From: a bacterium
Lineage (GTDB): Bacteria; Hinthialibacterota; Hinthialibacteria; Hinthialibacterales; Hinthialibacteraceae
NCBI GenBank assembly: GCA_963663405.2
Contig: CAXXSM010000091.1
Location: forward strand, 16,010-80,009
DNA: 64,000 nt
Direction of reading: 5' to 3'
Shown: piece after piece, positions 20,382-33,083 of the stretch
Numbering within the stretch: the first letter of the stretch is position 1
Layout: each line of letters opens with the position of its first letter
The notes under the pieces: model-generated
What the model saw: only the letters and a program-made list of their open reading frames with translations
The model's database searches: none
Told to the model about the DNA's origin: nothing
Position numbers and translations under genes: made by a program

Positions 20382-21395
20382 ATGTATAAGAACAAAACAT
20401 TACTAATCACCGGTGGAACCGGCACGTTTGGAAATGCAGTCTTGAACCGTTTCTTGAATTCTGATATTCATGAAATTCGCATATTCAGCCGTGATGAGAA
20501 AAAACAGAGTGACATGCGAGATTACTATAAAGATGAAAGACTCAAATTCTATCTTGGGGATGTCCGAAATTATGACAGTCTCTTAGACGCTATGAGTGGA
20601 GTCGATTTCATTTTTCACGCCGCGGCGCTTAAGCAAGTTCCTTCCTGTGAATTCTATCCCATCGAAGCGTTAAGAACCAATTCTCTAGGCGCGGAGAATG
20701 TGTTGAGCGCGGCGCTGTCCAATTCGGTCGAGCGAGTCATCGTTTTAAGCACCGATAAGGCAGTCTATCCCATAAACGCTATGGGGATATCCAAAGCGAT
20801 GATGGAAAAACTGATGGTCGCGAAATCAAGGATCGCCGCCACAAAAAATCAAGTGTTTTGCGGTTCGCGATATGGAAATGTTATGGGATCTCGAGGTTCC
20901 GTTATCCCACTGTTTATCCAACAGATAAAAGACAGAAAACCTATCACGATTACAGATCCGACGATGACTCGTTTCATGATGTCGATTGATGACGCGGTAG
21001 ATTTAGTTCTTTATGTTTACGATCATGGCAATCCCGGTGATATATTCGTACAAAAAGCGCCCGCCGCGACAATCGAAGTGTTAGTGCAGTCCTTACTGGA
21101 AATATTTAACGCGGATAATGAGATTAAAATCATCGGCACACGTCATGGTGAAAAGAAATATGAAACTCTGTTAACTCGAGAAGAAATGCAAGCCGCAGAA
21201 GATTGCGGTAATTACTATCGCATCCCATCGGATCAGCGTGATTTAAATTATGATAGATACTTTTCCTCCGGCGAACCATCGGTTTCCACACAAACGGATT
21301 ACAATTCTCAAAACACGCAATTATTAAATGTCGAAGAATTGAAACAACTTTTATTGAAACTCGATTTCGTGAAAGACGCATTGAAGGAACAATAA
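20382..21395 (+). CDS. fnlA: UDP-GlcNAc 4,6-dehydratase/5-epimerase (FnlA/CapE/WbjB)
   Basis: TGGTGTFG, FSRDEKKQ, AALKQVPSCEF, STDKAVYPINAMGISKAMMEK, GTRHGEK, RDLNY. Confidence 0.93.
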   Translation: MYKNKTLLITGGTGTFGNAVLNRFLNSDIHEIRIFSRDEKKQSDMRDYYKDERLKFYLGDVRNYDSLLDAMSGVDFIFHAAALKQVPSCEFYPIEALRTNSLGAENVLSAALSNSVERVIVLSTDKAVYPINAMGISKAMMEKLMVAKSRIAATKNQVFCGSRYGNVMGSRGSVIPLFIQQIKDRKPITITDPTMTRFMMSIDDAVDLVLYVYDHGNPGDIFVQKAPAATIEVLVQSLLEIFNADNEIKIIGTRHGEKKYETLLTREEMQAAEDCGNYYRIPSDQRDLNYDRYFSSGEPSVSTQTDYNSQNTQLLNVEELKQLLLKLDFVKDALKEQ

Positions 21396-21397
21396 GA

Positions 21398-22519
21398 ATG
21401 AAATCTGTTTTAGTGACAGGGGCGAATGGATTCATCGGGAAAAATTTAATCGAGGCGTTAAAACCGATCGATAATATCAATGTCCTTTCGTACGACATCG
21501 GTCAATCCCGGGAGACGTTAACTCGTTATTTAAACCAAGCGGAGGTGATCTATCATCTTGCCGGTGTCAACCGGCCGAAAGAGGATACGGAGTTTAAGAC
21601 AGGGAATGCGGATTTTACAGAGGATATCTGTCAAGAACTGAACGCATTAAACCGGAAGGTAAAAATTATCTTTACTTCGTCCATACAAGTGGAAAGAAAA
21701 GAAAACGCCTACGGACATAGTAAGATGGCGGCCGAGAACGCTTTAAAAGATTTTGGAAAAGAGACGCATTCGCAGATATCCATTTATCGTCTAAAAAATG
21801 TATTTTGGCAAATGGTGTAGACCTAATTATAACTCCGTTGTCGCCACATTTTGTAATAATATTGCCAACGAGATCCCCATTCACATATCCGACCCAGATC
21901 ATTCCATCGAATTGATTTATATTGATGATGTTATCTCGTCATTTATTGATCAATTAACGAATTCAAACGAATCTCCCGTTGTAGAATATTGTGACGTCAC
22001 TCCTTCTTATACAATTTCATTAAACGACTTAGCGGAAGCGATCAATCAATTTAAAAAAAGTAGAAAGACGCTGCTCATTCCGAATTTTGGAGATCCATTT
22101 CTACGGAAGCTATATGCAACCTACATTTCCTATCTTTCCGCGAACGATTTTTCATACCCTCTCGATATCAAATCGGACAATCGAGGCTGTCTAGCCGAAT
22201 TTATTAAATCTCCCAGCAGTGGACAAGCTTTTTATCTCCCGCACTCTGCCCGGTATAACAAGGGGAAATCACTTTCATCACACGAAAGTTGAAAAATTCC
22301 TAATTGTACAGGGAACGGGGATGATTCGATTCAGACATATCCACTCGGACGATATTCATGAATACACAGTTTCCGGAGAGGAGATGAAAGTATTGGATAT
22401 TCCACCGGGTTATACCCATTCCATTGAAAACATTGGACAAGAAGAAATGGTCGTTCTTTTTTGGGCGAATGAGATCTTTGATCCAAAGAATCCTGATACT
22501 TATTTTCGAAGTGTAATCA

Positions 22520-22527
<8 letters not shown>
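21398..22527 (+). CDS. fnlB: FnlB/CapF/WbjC reductase with C-terminal cupin, split into three frames by indels
   Basis: Pieces 21398-21820, 21798-22292 and 22219-22527 join: TGANGFIG, HLAGVNRP, FGKWCRPNYNSVVATFC, PGITRGNHFHHTKVEKF, PPGYTHSI. Confidence 0.88.
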
Positions 22528-23655
<1,128 letters not shown>

Positions 23656-23669
23656 ATCAAAGGAGAAAC

Positions 23670-24228
23670 AAAGATCACTGTTATTTCACCTGGGATGAAA
23701 ACAAGACTCATCGAAAAAGGCGTTTCAGAAGAAAAAATCAAAGTCATCTTTAATTGGTGTGACGATTCATAGATTTTAAAAGTTCAGAATGCGGATCCCG
23801 CTTTGGTGGACGCGCTTTCCATCAGGCTAATTTAACATTGTTTTTGCCGGCAACATGGGTTACGTCCAGCACTCTCGGCGCTGTTATTGACACCCCGCCA
23901 TTGTTCAATCGAAATGCCCTGATGTCCAATTTGTATTTATTGGCGGCGGCGTCATGTCGACGATCTTAAAAATTAAACCAAATCATTGAACCTCAATAAT
24001 GTAATTTTCCCATCCTAAAAATCCTCTCTCAGAGATCGGCGCTATCTTCAATCTGGTGGATGTGTTGTTCGTACATCTACATGATGATCCGCTTTTTAAA
24101 ATCACGTTGCCTTCCAAAATCCAGGCATTAATGACAGCCGGAAAACCTATCCTCATTGGTGTACAAGACGATGCGGCGGGCTTTGTAGAAAGAGCGAATG
24201 CAGGCTTTCGTTGTCTACTGGAATGAAT
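23670..24228 (+). pseudogene. wbuB: Remnant of a WbuB-type GT4 (L-FucNAc transferase); C-terminal half only
   Basis: Translates to ITVISPGMKTRLIEKGVSEEKIKVIFNWCD*, FNIVFAGNMG, FVFIGGGV, DDPLFKITLPSKIQALMTAGKPIL; no start codon, in-frame TAG near 23770, several frameshifts. Confidence 0.8.
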
Positions 24229-24368
24229 TATCTATCAGAATGGGAACCAATAAATATGAAACGTGTTACTCTCATTCGAAATGAAACAAGAAATCATAAA
24301 TTGTAGGTAAATTTGAGAATTACATTTCTAAACCACGAACTCCATTTCAACGAGGAAGGATATACACC

Positions 24369-25092
24369 ATGAGAGCAGTTATTCTAGCGGGGGGGAAAGG
24401 GAAACGGCTACAACCCTATACATTCATCGTGCCCAAACCTCTCGTGCCGATCGGAGATATCTCCATCATCGAAATTGTCGTACGGCAAATTGGCGTATTA
24501 TGGTTTCACTCATATTACTCTAGCGGTGGGATATCATGCGGAACTCATCATGGCGATTCTAAAAAACGGGGAAAAGTGGGGCATCCAGATCGATTACTCT
24601 TTTGAAGATAAGCCGTTAAATACAATCGGCCCTCTTCGTCTGATCGATAATTTGAGATACCCCGTTCCTGGTGATGAACGCCGATTTGCTTACCGACATT
24701 GATTACCGTAAACTCATTGAATTTCATCTTCATAACAAGGCCATCGCTACAGTCGCTACTCATAAACGCCATGTTCGTTTAGAACTCGGTGTAATCGAAA
24801 CCATTCAGAAAAATGGCATTGATCAGGTGGTCTCTTTCGTCGAAAAACCGGAGTATGATTTCAACGTCAGCATGGGAATTTACATCCTTGATCCCCGGAT
24901 CATGGACTACATTCCCCCCGATCAACCATTTGGATTCGATCAATTAATCTTTCATTTATTGGAGGCAACACGAACCGGTCTCCGTATATCCATTCGATGG
25001 GCTTTGGTTGGATATGGGGAACACCGGGCGATCTTGAAAATACCGCCGAAGAATTTGAAAAACATAGGAAAAGGTATTTACCCGATGAGTAA
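24369..25092 (+). CDS. Sugar-phosphate nucleotidyltransferase (NTP_transferase), frameshifted
   Basis: MRAVILAGGKGKRLQPYTFIVPKPLVPIG, EDKPLNTIGPL, MNADLLTD, FVEKP, WLDMG spread across frames. Confidence 0.85.
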
Positions 25093-26237
25093 TTGGAAAA
25101 TTCCACTATTCACTCCCGATTTCTCCAGCGCCGACTGGGAGGCGGCCTGCGCTCCGATCCGTGACGCGTGGCTGACGATGGGCCAGCGGACAAGTCAATT
25201 CGAACAAGCGTTCATCAACCGCACAGGGCGCCCGGCACGCCTTTGCCGTTTGTAATGGAACCGCCGCATTGCATCTCGGTTTGGTAAGCGTAGGAATTCA
25301 ACCTGGGGATGAAGTCCTTGTTCCATCGCTCACGTTCGTCGCCTGCGCGAACACGATTGTCTCTCTTGGCGCCATACCCGTGTTTGTGGATTGCTGTGAG
25401 GAAGAAGACTGGACCTTCTCTCCCGATGACGCGCTCCAAAAAATCACAGGACCGGACCCGCGCGATGATGATCGTTCATTACGCGGGATTTCCCTGCCGG
25501 ATGGATCCAATTCTATCCATCGCCCGTTCGCGCGGTTTATCGATGATCGAAGACTGCGCCCACGCCATCTTCTCTTCACATGAAGGAAAATTCTGTGGGA
25601 CATTCGGTGATGTCAGCGCCTTCAGCCTCTTCAGCAATAAAAATATGACGACGGGTGAAGGGGGAATGGTGTTAACGAATTGATGACCAATTGGCCGAAC
25701 GTCTCCGCCGCCTGCGCTCTCATGGCATGACAACACTCACCCTTGACCGGCATGAAGGCCGGGCGGTTTCCTTACGATGTGACCGAATATGGTTTTAATT
25801 ACCTGGATCGATGAAATCCGTAGCGCTCTCGGGCTTGTCTCAACTCGAACGATTGGATGAAAATCTAAAGCGGAGGACGCGCCATCTATCAACTTTATAT
25901 GGAACGCCTTTCGGAGATCGATGAAATCCTTATTCCATTTCTCTCACACAACGTGGATACGACGGGTATTCATATCTTCCCGATCATGCTCCGCAAGCCT
26001 GACGCGCGGGAAGCGTTTATGCGCGGCATGAAAGATGACGGAATCCAGACATCCATCCACTATCCACCCATCCATTCCTTCTCCGCATACCGGCAGCGTG
26101 TCAATAATGTCCGCTGTCCCCTCACGGAACGTATCGCCGCTGGAGAAGTGACGCTTCCATTCTACCCCGGCATGACGGAAGATGATGTTACCCTCGTCTG
26201 CGATTCTGTGAAACGAAACGTACACGCCTGCCTTTAG
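25085..26237 (+). CDS. DegT/DnrJ/EryC1/StrS sugar aminotransferase, frameshifted
   Basis: MSNWKIPLFTP start, GDEVLVPSLTFVA, VHYAG, IEDCAHA, FSLFSNKNMTTGEGG (PLP lysine), HYPPIH, TLPFYP. Confidence 0.88.
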
Positions 26238-26352
26238 TCATTTCAAATCGCTTTTTCTAGATCTAGAATTCACGCGGTTTTCCATTCTTTCTCATTCCAA
26301 TCCATCTCTTTCACTTGAATTCGGTTGACGCCGGAGTCAATATCAACGATTA

Positions 26353-26450
26353 TTTATATGAAAATGAGTCCCTAAAACTTTCTCATTCGTAAACACTTCC
26401 ACGACTCATTTTTATTTGCACGTTGTGATCTCAAATCATGATGGATTATA
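26353..26450 (+). repeat. Dispersed intergenic repeat family A, copy 2
   Basis: tttatatgaaaatgagtc...gactcatttttatttgcacgttgtgatctcaaatcatgatgg; aligns with 443-535 and 32224-32318. Confidence 0.85.
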
Positions 26451-26612
26451 TTAGATTGATATCGTTGTGAACGGCGCAATTGAAGACTAAGCGGAAAAAG
26501 ATGATATTTTTAATATGCGCCCAATGACTTAAATGTTGACTGACTCTCTATAGCCATTCATAAGTAAGTTTTATAGGTCTTTATTCACCACCGAGTAAAT
26601 CAGAGGATGATT

Positions 26613-28238
26613 ATGTATCTCGACTTTTTACCATATGATTCAACATCCTTTCCAATTGACTCCCGATCCGGCGTTTCTCTTGCTGAGTCCGAGTCACAAA
26701 GAAGCGTTGACTTCTATTATTTATGGAATCGACGATCGAAAAGGATTTGTTGTAATTGTAGGAGAAACCGGAACGGGGAAGACTACAATCGTCCGCACAT
26801 ACTTGGAAAACCGCAGCAACTTCCACGTACAACACGATAAAGAAAAAGGGGAAAACTTCAATCGTCCGCGTCAAACAAAGGCAAGGGAAGACCGCAAACG
26901 GATCAAACCGATCTACCTTTTTTTTAACGCGGAAGTCACATTTAAAGATCTTTTAAAAGAAATTTCCCGGGAATTAGACGTCAAAGTGGAGAATGACAGC
27001 CTGTTGGTGATGGTCCGGAGATTATATCAAGCACTCAGCGATGAATACCAAAAGGGATACAATATCGCCCTTATCATCGATGAAGCCCAAAACATGACCG
27101 TCGAAACGTTAGAAGAACTGCGTATGCTCTCCAACCTGGAAACAAGTAAAGAGAAACTGCTTCAAATTGTACTGGTCGGGCAGCCGGAACTGGATCAGAA
27201 GTTGAACCTTAATAAACTCCGACAATTAAAGCAGCGTATTGAAATCCGCGCCAATATCAAACCACTCACCAAAAAGCAGAGTATGACTTATATCCTGCAC
27301 CGCTTATCCCAAGTTATCGTACCTGAAGATCGAATCCATACAATCTTCTCACCTGGCGCGTTGAAAGAGATCATTAAATATTCAAATGGGATTCCCCGCA
27401 TAATCAACAATGTCTGCGATAAGACTCTCCTCGCTGGTTTTTTCGATAAACAGAAACCGGTCTCAGCGCAATTGGCCAAAAAAGCGATCTCAGAACTGGA
27501 AGGTTATCAACAACCACACTGGCTTCGCCGCTTCGCGCCCGCTGGGAGCGCAGCAATCGCAACGGCAACGATTCTCACATTCCTGCTGTTTAATCCATTC
27601 TCCAACCGTGATTCTCAGCTGATCACAGAAAAGGGTAATGATACAAACACAACCATCCCCCCTAAACGCCAATCCGGACGAACCCACAATCGGCGCAATG
27701 ATACAGTCATCCCCTTCTCCAACGCTTATTTCAAATTCTTCAATCCCAGAGCCATCAGCGGTTCCAACCAATGGAAATTATACTCCAACGCAGAACGTGA
27801 TTTCTAATGATCCGACCGCTGCTCCTGATCATGCCAATAGACCGACACCTTCTACCACTATAGAAATAGCGCCATCAGTAACATCCACAATCGCCCTCTC
27901 CCGCGCCTTCCGCCACATCGACTCTCGTTCCAACCCTCCAACCGACATCCACTCCACCGCCGGTGATCCCTCCAACTTTAACGCCTGCGCACGAGACGAA
28001 CTCTGACAACAATACCGGTGGAAAAACAGAGACAAAAAAACCAATACAATTCCCAGTAATCAAGATCGTAAAACGGGGGGATAATCTTCTCACTCTCTGC
28101 AGTGAGATCTATGGCGCCACTCACAGCCAGATTATCAATCTAGTGAAAGAACATAATCCCGAAATCAACGATCCCGATATTATTATCACCGGTCACAAAA
28201 TCATATTCCCAGAATACCCACCCAAAAACAAAAACTAG
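26613..28238 (+). CDS. ExeA/GspA-like AAA ATPase with TM helix, Pro/Thr linker and C-terminal LysM domain (frameshifted)
   Basis: MYLDF..HPFQLTPDP start after GAGG; Walker A GETGTGKT; IIDEAQNM; LRMLSNLET; LVGQPEL; GIPRIINNVCD; LysM-like VKRGDNLLTLCSEIYG...NPEINDPDIIITGHKIIFP in the last fragment. Confidence 0.88.
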
Positions 28239-28355
28239 CGAAAAAATCCAAAAAAGGATCGATCTTCCACCTCATTCCCTGCAGACAAATCAATAAATGG
28301 ATGGTATGATTCAAAGATAATACTATCATTCCAGTACCAACAGGGGGACAGTGAA

Positions 28356-29657
28356 ATGTTGAGCCGAACCGTTTCTTTTACTATCGCTATTATGCGCGGT
28401 TACCAGCGTTCCATACGCTCAAGAATTGGGAGAGCCTTTTGCCAGTAACAACCGAGGAAAATGCGCAGCAATTTCCCGATGTTGTCTACAACTCTCATAA
28501 TAATCAATTTCTCGCCGTGTGGGAACATGTTGAACAGGATTACTCGCGGGATATATACGGAATCCTTTTAGATGGGGATTCCGGACAGCCAATAGGAGAA
28601 CCGATTCTTTTCATCGTCGATGATAATATCATCGAAGCCCCGGAACTCGCGTATAACAGCGTGGATAACGAATATCTCTTAGTCGCCCGCAGCCGGTATA
28701 ATAATATGGCGTTCGCGCAGCGCGTTTCGGCGCAGGGGACAGCCGATTGGTGATCCGATTGAGATCGAGAGCAGCGGGGGTCCTACGTTTTTCGATCCAG
28801 CGGCGCGCGCCCGCGTCGTATCCATCGCCTATAATGCGGTAGATAATCAATATTTAATCGGCCTGGGGGATCAGCCACGCGCCCAAATTGTCTTTGCCGA
28901 CCTTTCTCTTGACATCCCCTTCGATCCATTCGGAAACGGCACGAATCCAGCCGCCGCCTGGTCCAGTGTCAGCAATGTCTATCTAATGGCCTGGGAGGAT
29001 CGGGAAACACGCGCCACCGGAGAGGAAAACCTAAGCGCCCAGTTAATATCCAATACGGGTGATCTTATTGGGGGATATCATAAAGATCCGCGATCAGGAA
29101 TTCGCAGAAGAATCACCCCCGCATCGCGTATAATCCAGATGACGATCAATTCCTTGTGATCTGGGACGAACGCATCGGTTTTTCGAGCGGTCCTTGATCC
29201 ACAGACTCTGACGGATACGATCGGCCAATTGATCAGCGCCGATGGACAAATGGTAGGCGATCCTATTCCCATTGAAGCGGGCACGGCGTATACGTTGCGG
29301 CAAGATGTAGACTACAGCCAAATTGCGGGGCAATATTTGGCTGTATGGAAAGGGGATGAAAGTGGAGATTTCGCGTTCGCGGATATCTTCGGTCGATTTA
29401 TCAACCGGGACGGCCCTCTCGCCAGCGATATTTTTCTGATCTATGACGCCGGAGACGATAATACTAACGAAGGGAACGACCAACAATACTATGATGAATC
29501 CAAACTCCCCGTGACCGCCGTCAATACGAACACAGGCTCATTCCTTGTGGTCTGGGAAGAAGCGGGGATCAATCGCAATCCGGAAGACCGCGATATCTAC
29601 GCTCGTTTCGTTTCCGCGCCGGGCACATCGATTGATGCGTGGGAGATTTATCAATAA
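28356..29657 (+). CDS. Secreted seven-repeat beta-propeller-like protein (frameshifted), ending TSIDAWEIYQ
   Basis: Signal peptide from ATG 28356; repeats VVYNSHNNQFLAVWE, LAYNSVDNEYLLVA, IAYNAVDNQYLIG, AAWSSVSNVYLMAWE, IAYNPDDDQFLVIWDE, VDYSQIAGQYLAVWK, AVNTNTGSFLVVWEE. Confidence 0.8.
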
Positions 29658-29660
29658 TCT

Positions 29661-30497
29661 TCATCTTTCCAAATACACCTTAAGAGAGTGTTTCCAGATT
29701 TCCCCCCGCTCGTTTGTGATAACGAGATCGTCTCCATCAAAGCACAGCGCCTCACTCCCATAAAAAAGACCAACTGTATACAGCAAAGGAGGCGTCAGTA
29801 AGTTAGATTCTTCTTTCACATCATAAAACACAACACACGAATAAGTCAGAACGGCTAAGACATTATGGCGTGGTGAATACTCCGCGCCGGTCACTTTTCG
29901 TTTGATGTTCAAAGGTCCGATTGCTTTCGCAGTGAGAATCTTTCCTTTTTCGAGTGTATCGATGCAAAAAATTTTCGGTTTCGAATCAGTAACAATACTC
30001 ATTTTTTCGATTAGATAGAATTTTCCATTCAGAATAAAGAACGCCTCACAATCGTATGAGCGGCCATCCTCATATTGAAACGAGTAGCATGTACAATCCC
30101 AGTTTCCAGATTCGTTCTCCGGTGGTTCTACGAAGTGATAGATTTGATACGTTTTTCTCCAAAAAAGATTATCACCAGCATCCGCGATATAATAATTCCC
30201 TTCCCCATCGCCGGTCATATCCTCCCAATCGATATTTTGGGCGCCTTTAAGAGCGACCGACTGTAGAATCTGTCCAGAATGATTGAAACGATAGACTTGG
30301 ATGCTGTTACCAGAATCATCATGCCCCCAATACTCGCCTTTATGCGTGGCGGACGCCATGCCGGATAATTCGAGTCTTCTCTCGCTTACGATCTTTCCCG
30401 TTGGAGGATAATACAACATTAATATCCGATTTTTCGCATGCGCGCTTATCACACTCAGCAGAAAAGCGAATAGGATAATTAAGAAATAACGCATCAA
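29661..30497 (-). CDS. Secreted hypothetical beta-propeller-type protein
   Basis: Signal peptide ending AHA-K; ELSGMA, WGHDDSGN, DWEDM, IADAGDN, YDCEAF, SEALCF. Confidence 0.75.
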   Translation of the reverse strand: MMRYFLIILFAFLLSVISAHAKNRILMLYYPPTGKIVSERRLELSGMASATHKGEYWGHDDSGNSIQVYRFNHSGQILQSVALKGAQNIDWEDMTGDGEGNYYIADAGDNLFWRKTYQIYHFVEPPENESGNWDCTCYSFQYEDGRSYDCEAFFILNGKFYLIEKMSIVTDSKPKIFCIDTLEKGKILTAKAIGPLNIKRKVTGAEYSPRHNVLAVLTYSCVVFYDVKEESNLLTPPLLYTVGLFYGSEALCFDGDDLVITNERGEIWKHSLKVYLER

Positions 30498-30645
30498 AAC
30501 TCTCCGGCTTTTACGAGTTGCGCTGTATAGTAAACCAACGAGTGAAGAAACACATTGTCACGTAATCATAGACAAAATCGGGGATGATTGAATCGAATAA
30601 AACAAGTAATTACGTTGCTGTGAAAATACGCCGCAAGAAAAACAT

Positions 30646-30675
30646 AAAAGGGGTACATATAGTGTACCCCTTTTT
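30646..30675. terminator. Bidirectional intrinsic terminator downstream of the phosphofructokinase gene
   Basis: aaaaggggtaca-tatag-tgtacccctttt perfect stem with A/T tails, ~20 nt past the stop at 30697. Confidence 0.8.
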
Positions 30676-30696
30676 CATTGGCTTATTAAAGATCAA

Positions 30697-31920
30697 TTAC
30701 AGTTTCTTAACAGAGGGAGCGAAAAGGCGTGTCGCGGCCGGAGGGGGTCCCATTAACGGCGATAGATAATTCCGGAACGCTTCCGTTATATTATTGCCTT
30801 CCGCGTTGATAAATTCATCAGGCATGGTTTTCGTTTTGGCGGCGATCGATTCCAATTTTACGAGGTCGTATTCGACGGCGTAATCTCCGACTCGTTTAAT
30901 GGCGACTGAACCGTCAATATTATGCCATAAGGCGTATTGGACGGCTTTCTCTCCCACTTCCCGCGCTTCATTGGCGTCGACGTCCGAGACAACTCCCAAG
31001 AAACAACGCTGGGGATAACCAAACGTGTCCGCGCGAACTCGTTTGATCTTCAGTTCGTCTTTCACCAAACCGGATAACACATCCCCTAACGCTCCGATAC
31101 CGGACAGCTGCACGTTGCCATGCGCGTCTTTTTCCACTTTGTCAGATAGAGAGACCATCAATGGAACATGTTTCCCATCCGCGTCCGTTTCACTCCATGC
31201 GCCTTCGGAAATCGCGATAATGCAACGTCCATGTTTTTTGTAGATGGCGTCGACATCCGCAAGGAAACTCTCTTTTTTGAACTGACGTTCGGGAAGATAA
31301 ACAAGATGGGGTCCATCATCTGGAAAACGGCGATATCCGGAAGCGGCGGCGGTTAGAAAGCCCGCGTGCCGGCCCATGATAACGGCGATATAGACACCCG
31401 GCAGCGCCCGGTTATCAAGATTGACGCCCGCGATGGCGAGCGCAACGTACCGCGCCGCCGATCCATATCCAGGACAGTGATCGGTCACGACCAAGTCGTT
31501 GTCAATGGTTTTCGGAATGTGGACGCACCGGCATTCGTATCCTTCCGCATCAGCGAACTCGTTGACGATCCGGCATGTGTCGGATGAGTCGTTTCCACCG
31601 ATATAGAAGAAATAGCGAACGTCGTATTTTTTGAACACGCTGAATATCTTGCTGCAGTATTCCTTATCCGGTTTATCACGGGTGGATCCAAGAGCCGCTC
31701 CGGGAGTCAAGGCGATTTGTTCGAGGTTGTGGGAAGTGGCCTGGCTTAGATCAAGGAAATCTTCATTGATGATTCCACTGACGCCGTGACGGGCGCCATA
31801 CACATGGGTTACTTGGGTGAATTTCCGGCATTCCAGCGCGGCGCCGACGACACTCTGATTAATGACCGCCGTAGGGCCGCCCCCTTGGGCTATGATCGCT
31901 TTACCTTTTAGTTCCGGCAT
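30697..31920 (-). CDS. pfp: 6-phosphofructokinase, PPi-dependent type
   Basis: GGGPTAVIN, YIGGNDS (Asp at the position that marks PPi use), PKTIDND, MGRHAG, FGYPQR. Confidence 0.9.
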   Translation of the reverse strand: MPELKGKAIIAQGGGPTAVINQSVVGAALECRKFTQVTHVYGARHGVSGIINEDFLDLSQATSHNLEQIALTPGAALGSTRDKPDKEYCSKIFSVFKKYDVRYFFYIGGNDSSDTCRIVNEFADAEGYECRCVHIPKTIDNDLVVTDHCPGYGSAARYVALAIAGVNLDNRALPGVYIAVIMGRHAGFLTAAASGYRRFPDDGPHLVYLPERQFKKESFLADVDAIYKKHGRCIIAISEGAWSETDADGKHVPLMVSLSDKVEKDAHGNVQLSGIGALGDVLSGLVKDELKIKRVRADTFGYPQRCFLGVVSDVDANEAREVGEKAVQYALWHNIDGSVAIKRVGDYAVEYDLVKLESIAAKTKTMPDEFINAEGNNITEAFRNYLSPLMGPPPAATRLFAPSVKKL

Positions 31921-32223
31921 TCAAATTCTCCTGGTTAATGAAATGGATTTGTACGATATAGAGATACCGTCTTAGTTTATATCTATAAGTTTATTTTCTA
32001 CGTTTTCTCATTCAAGCGGCGTGGTGATCCTATGAGAAAGAAACAAAGCAAACATGAGGCTCCCGCGCCATCAAAATGGGCAGACAATGCACGATCGAAT
32101 AACTTAAATCATATATGATTATACATGCTGTCTGTTAGCCAATTATCAGTATGGATGAAACAGATACCAATCGAATGATTGTATGAAAAAATAGAATACC
32201 AAGTATTGAAATTATAAATTCAG

Positions 32224-32318
32224 ATAAACCATCATGATTGAGATCACAACTGCAAATGAAAATGAGTGGCAGAAGAAATCGCGGACGAGAAAGCCTTCGA
32301 AACTCATTTTCACATAAA
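32224..32318 (-). repeat. Dispersed intergenic repeat family A, copy 3 (abuts the creatininase stop codon)
   Basis: Reverse complement tttatgtgaaaatgagtttc...cactcattttcatttgcagttgtgatctcaatcatgatggtttat. Confidence 0.85.
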
Positions 32319-33083
32319 TCAGTACGGAAAGGTTTCATTCATTTCCGCGTCAGAGAGTTCCTTGATATAGGAGCCAATCCGGTCCACTAGAATATCGATC
32401 AATTGTTTCCCTTTTTCCACTGTGGCCTTTTTCGGATTACCCACGCCGCAGTTTTTCGTAACAAGATGAAAGGGGCGTGTGACCTGGGCCCATCCCCGGT
32501 TGACGGCTTCAAATGGGGACGGCTTTTCCGCTCCATCATCCGCTTTCGAGAGATCGATCAATTCCGGAAATAGATTAAGACAGACACTGGTTTCCATTTC
32601 TCCTCCATGATCGCCCACGTCATCAAAGATTTGTGGATAGACATCTTCGGCGACGCGATACCAATCAACTAAGCTGACGAAAACCTCGGTCTGATTATAG
32701 AATTCTCGCAGCGTATGTTTGAAACTATTCCCGCCGTGCCCATTCAAAATGATAAACTTTTTGATCTCGTGCGCTTCCAAGGAATGGAGAATGTCCTGAA
32801 TAATGATATCCAATGTGGAAGGCTGCAAGGACATGGTCATGGGAAATCCCATCAGATTACTGTCAACACCGTATGGAATACAAGGAAGCAGGACCACTTT
32901 GGCGCCGAGTGAGTGGGCGCGTTCACAGATCAAATCCCCCAACCGTTCCGTCGTGATCGCGTCCGTTCCATAAGGCAGATGAAGATTATGGGGTTCGGTC
33001 GCGCCGATGGGCAGGACGGCGACTTCATAGGGATGTTGGCGAACATAATTCTGATTGACTTCAAGCAATTTCCATGGCTTCAT
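32319..33083 (-). CDS. Creatininase/creatinine amidohydrolase family protein
   Basis: LPIGATEPHNLHLPYGTD, LNGHGGN, DHGGEMETS, GVGNPKKATVEKG. Confidence 0.92.
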   Translation of the reverse strand: MKPWKLLEVNQNYVRQHPYEVAVLPIGATEPHNLHLPYGTDAITTERLGDLICERAHSLGAKVVLLPCIPYGVDSNLMGFPMTMSLQPSTLDIIIQDILHSLEAHEIKKFIILNGHGGNSFKHTLREFYNQTEVFVSLVDWYRVAEDVYPQIFDDVGDHGGEMETSVCLNLFPELIDLSKADDGAEKPSPFEAVNRGWAQVTRPFHLVTKNCGVGNPKKATVEKGKQLIDILVDRIGSYIKELSDAEMNETFPY

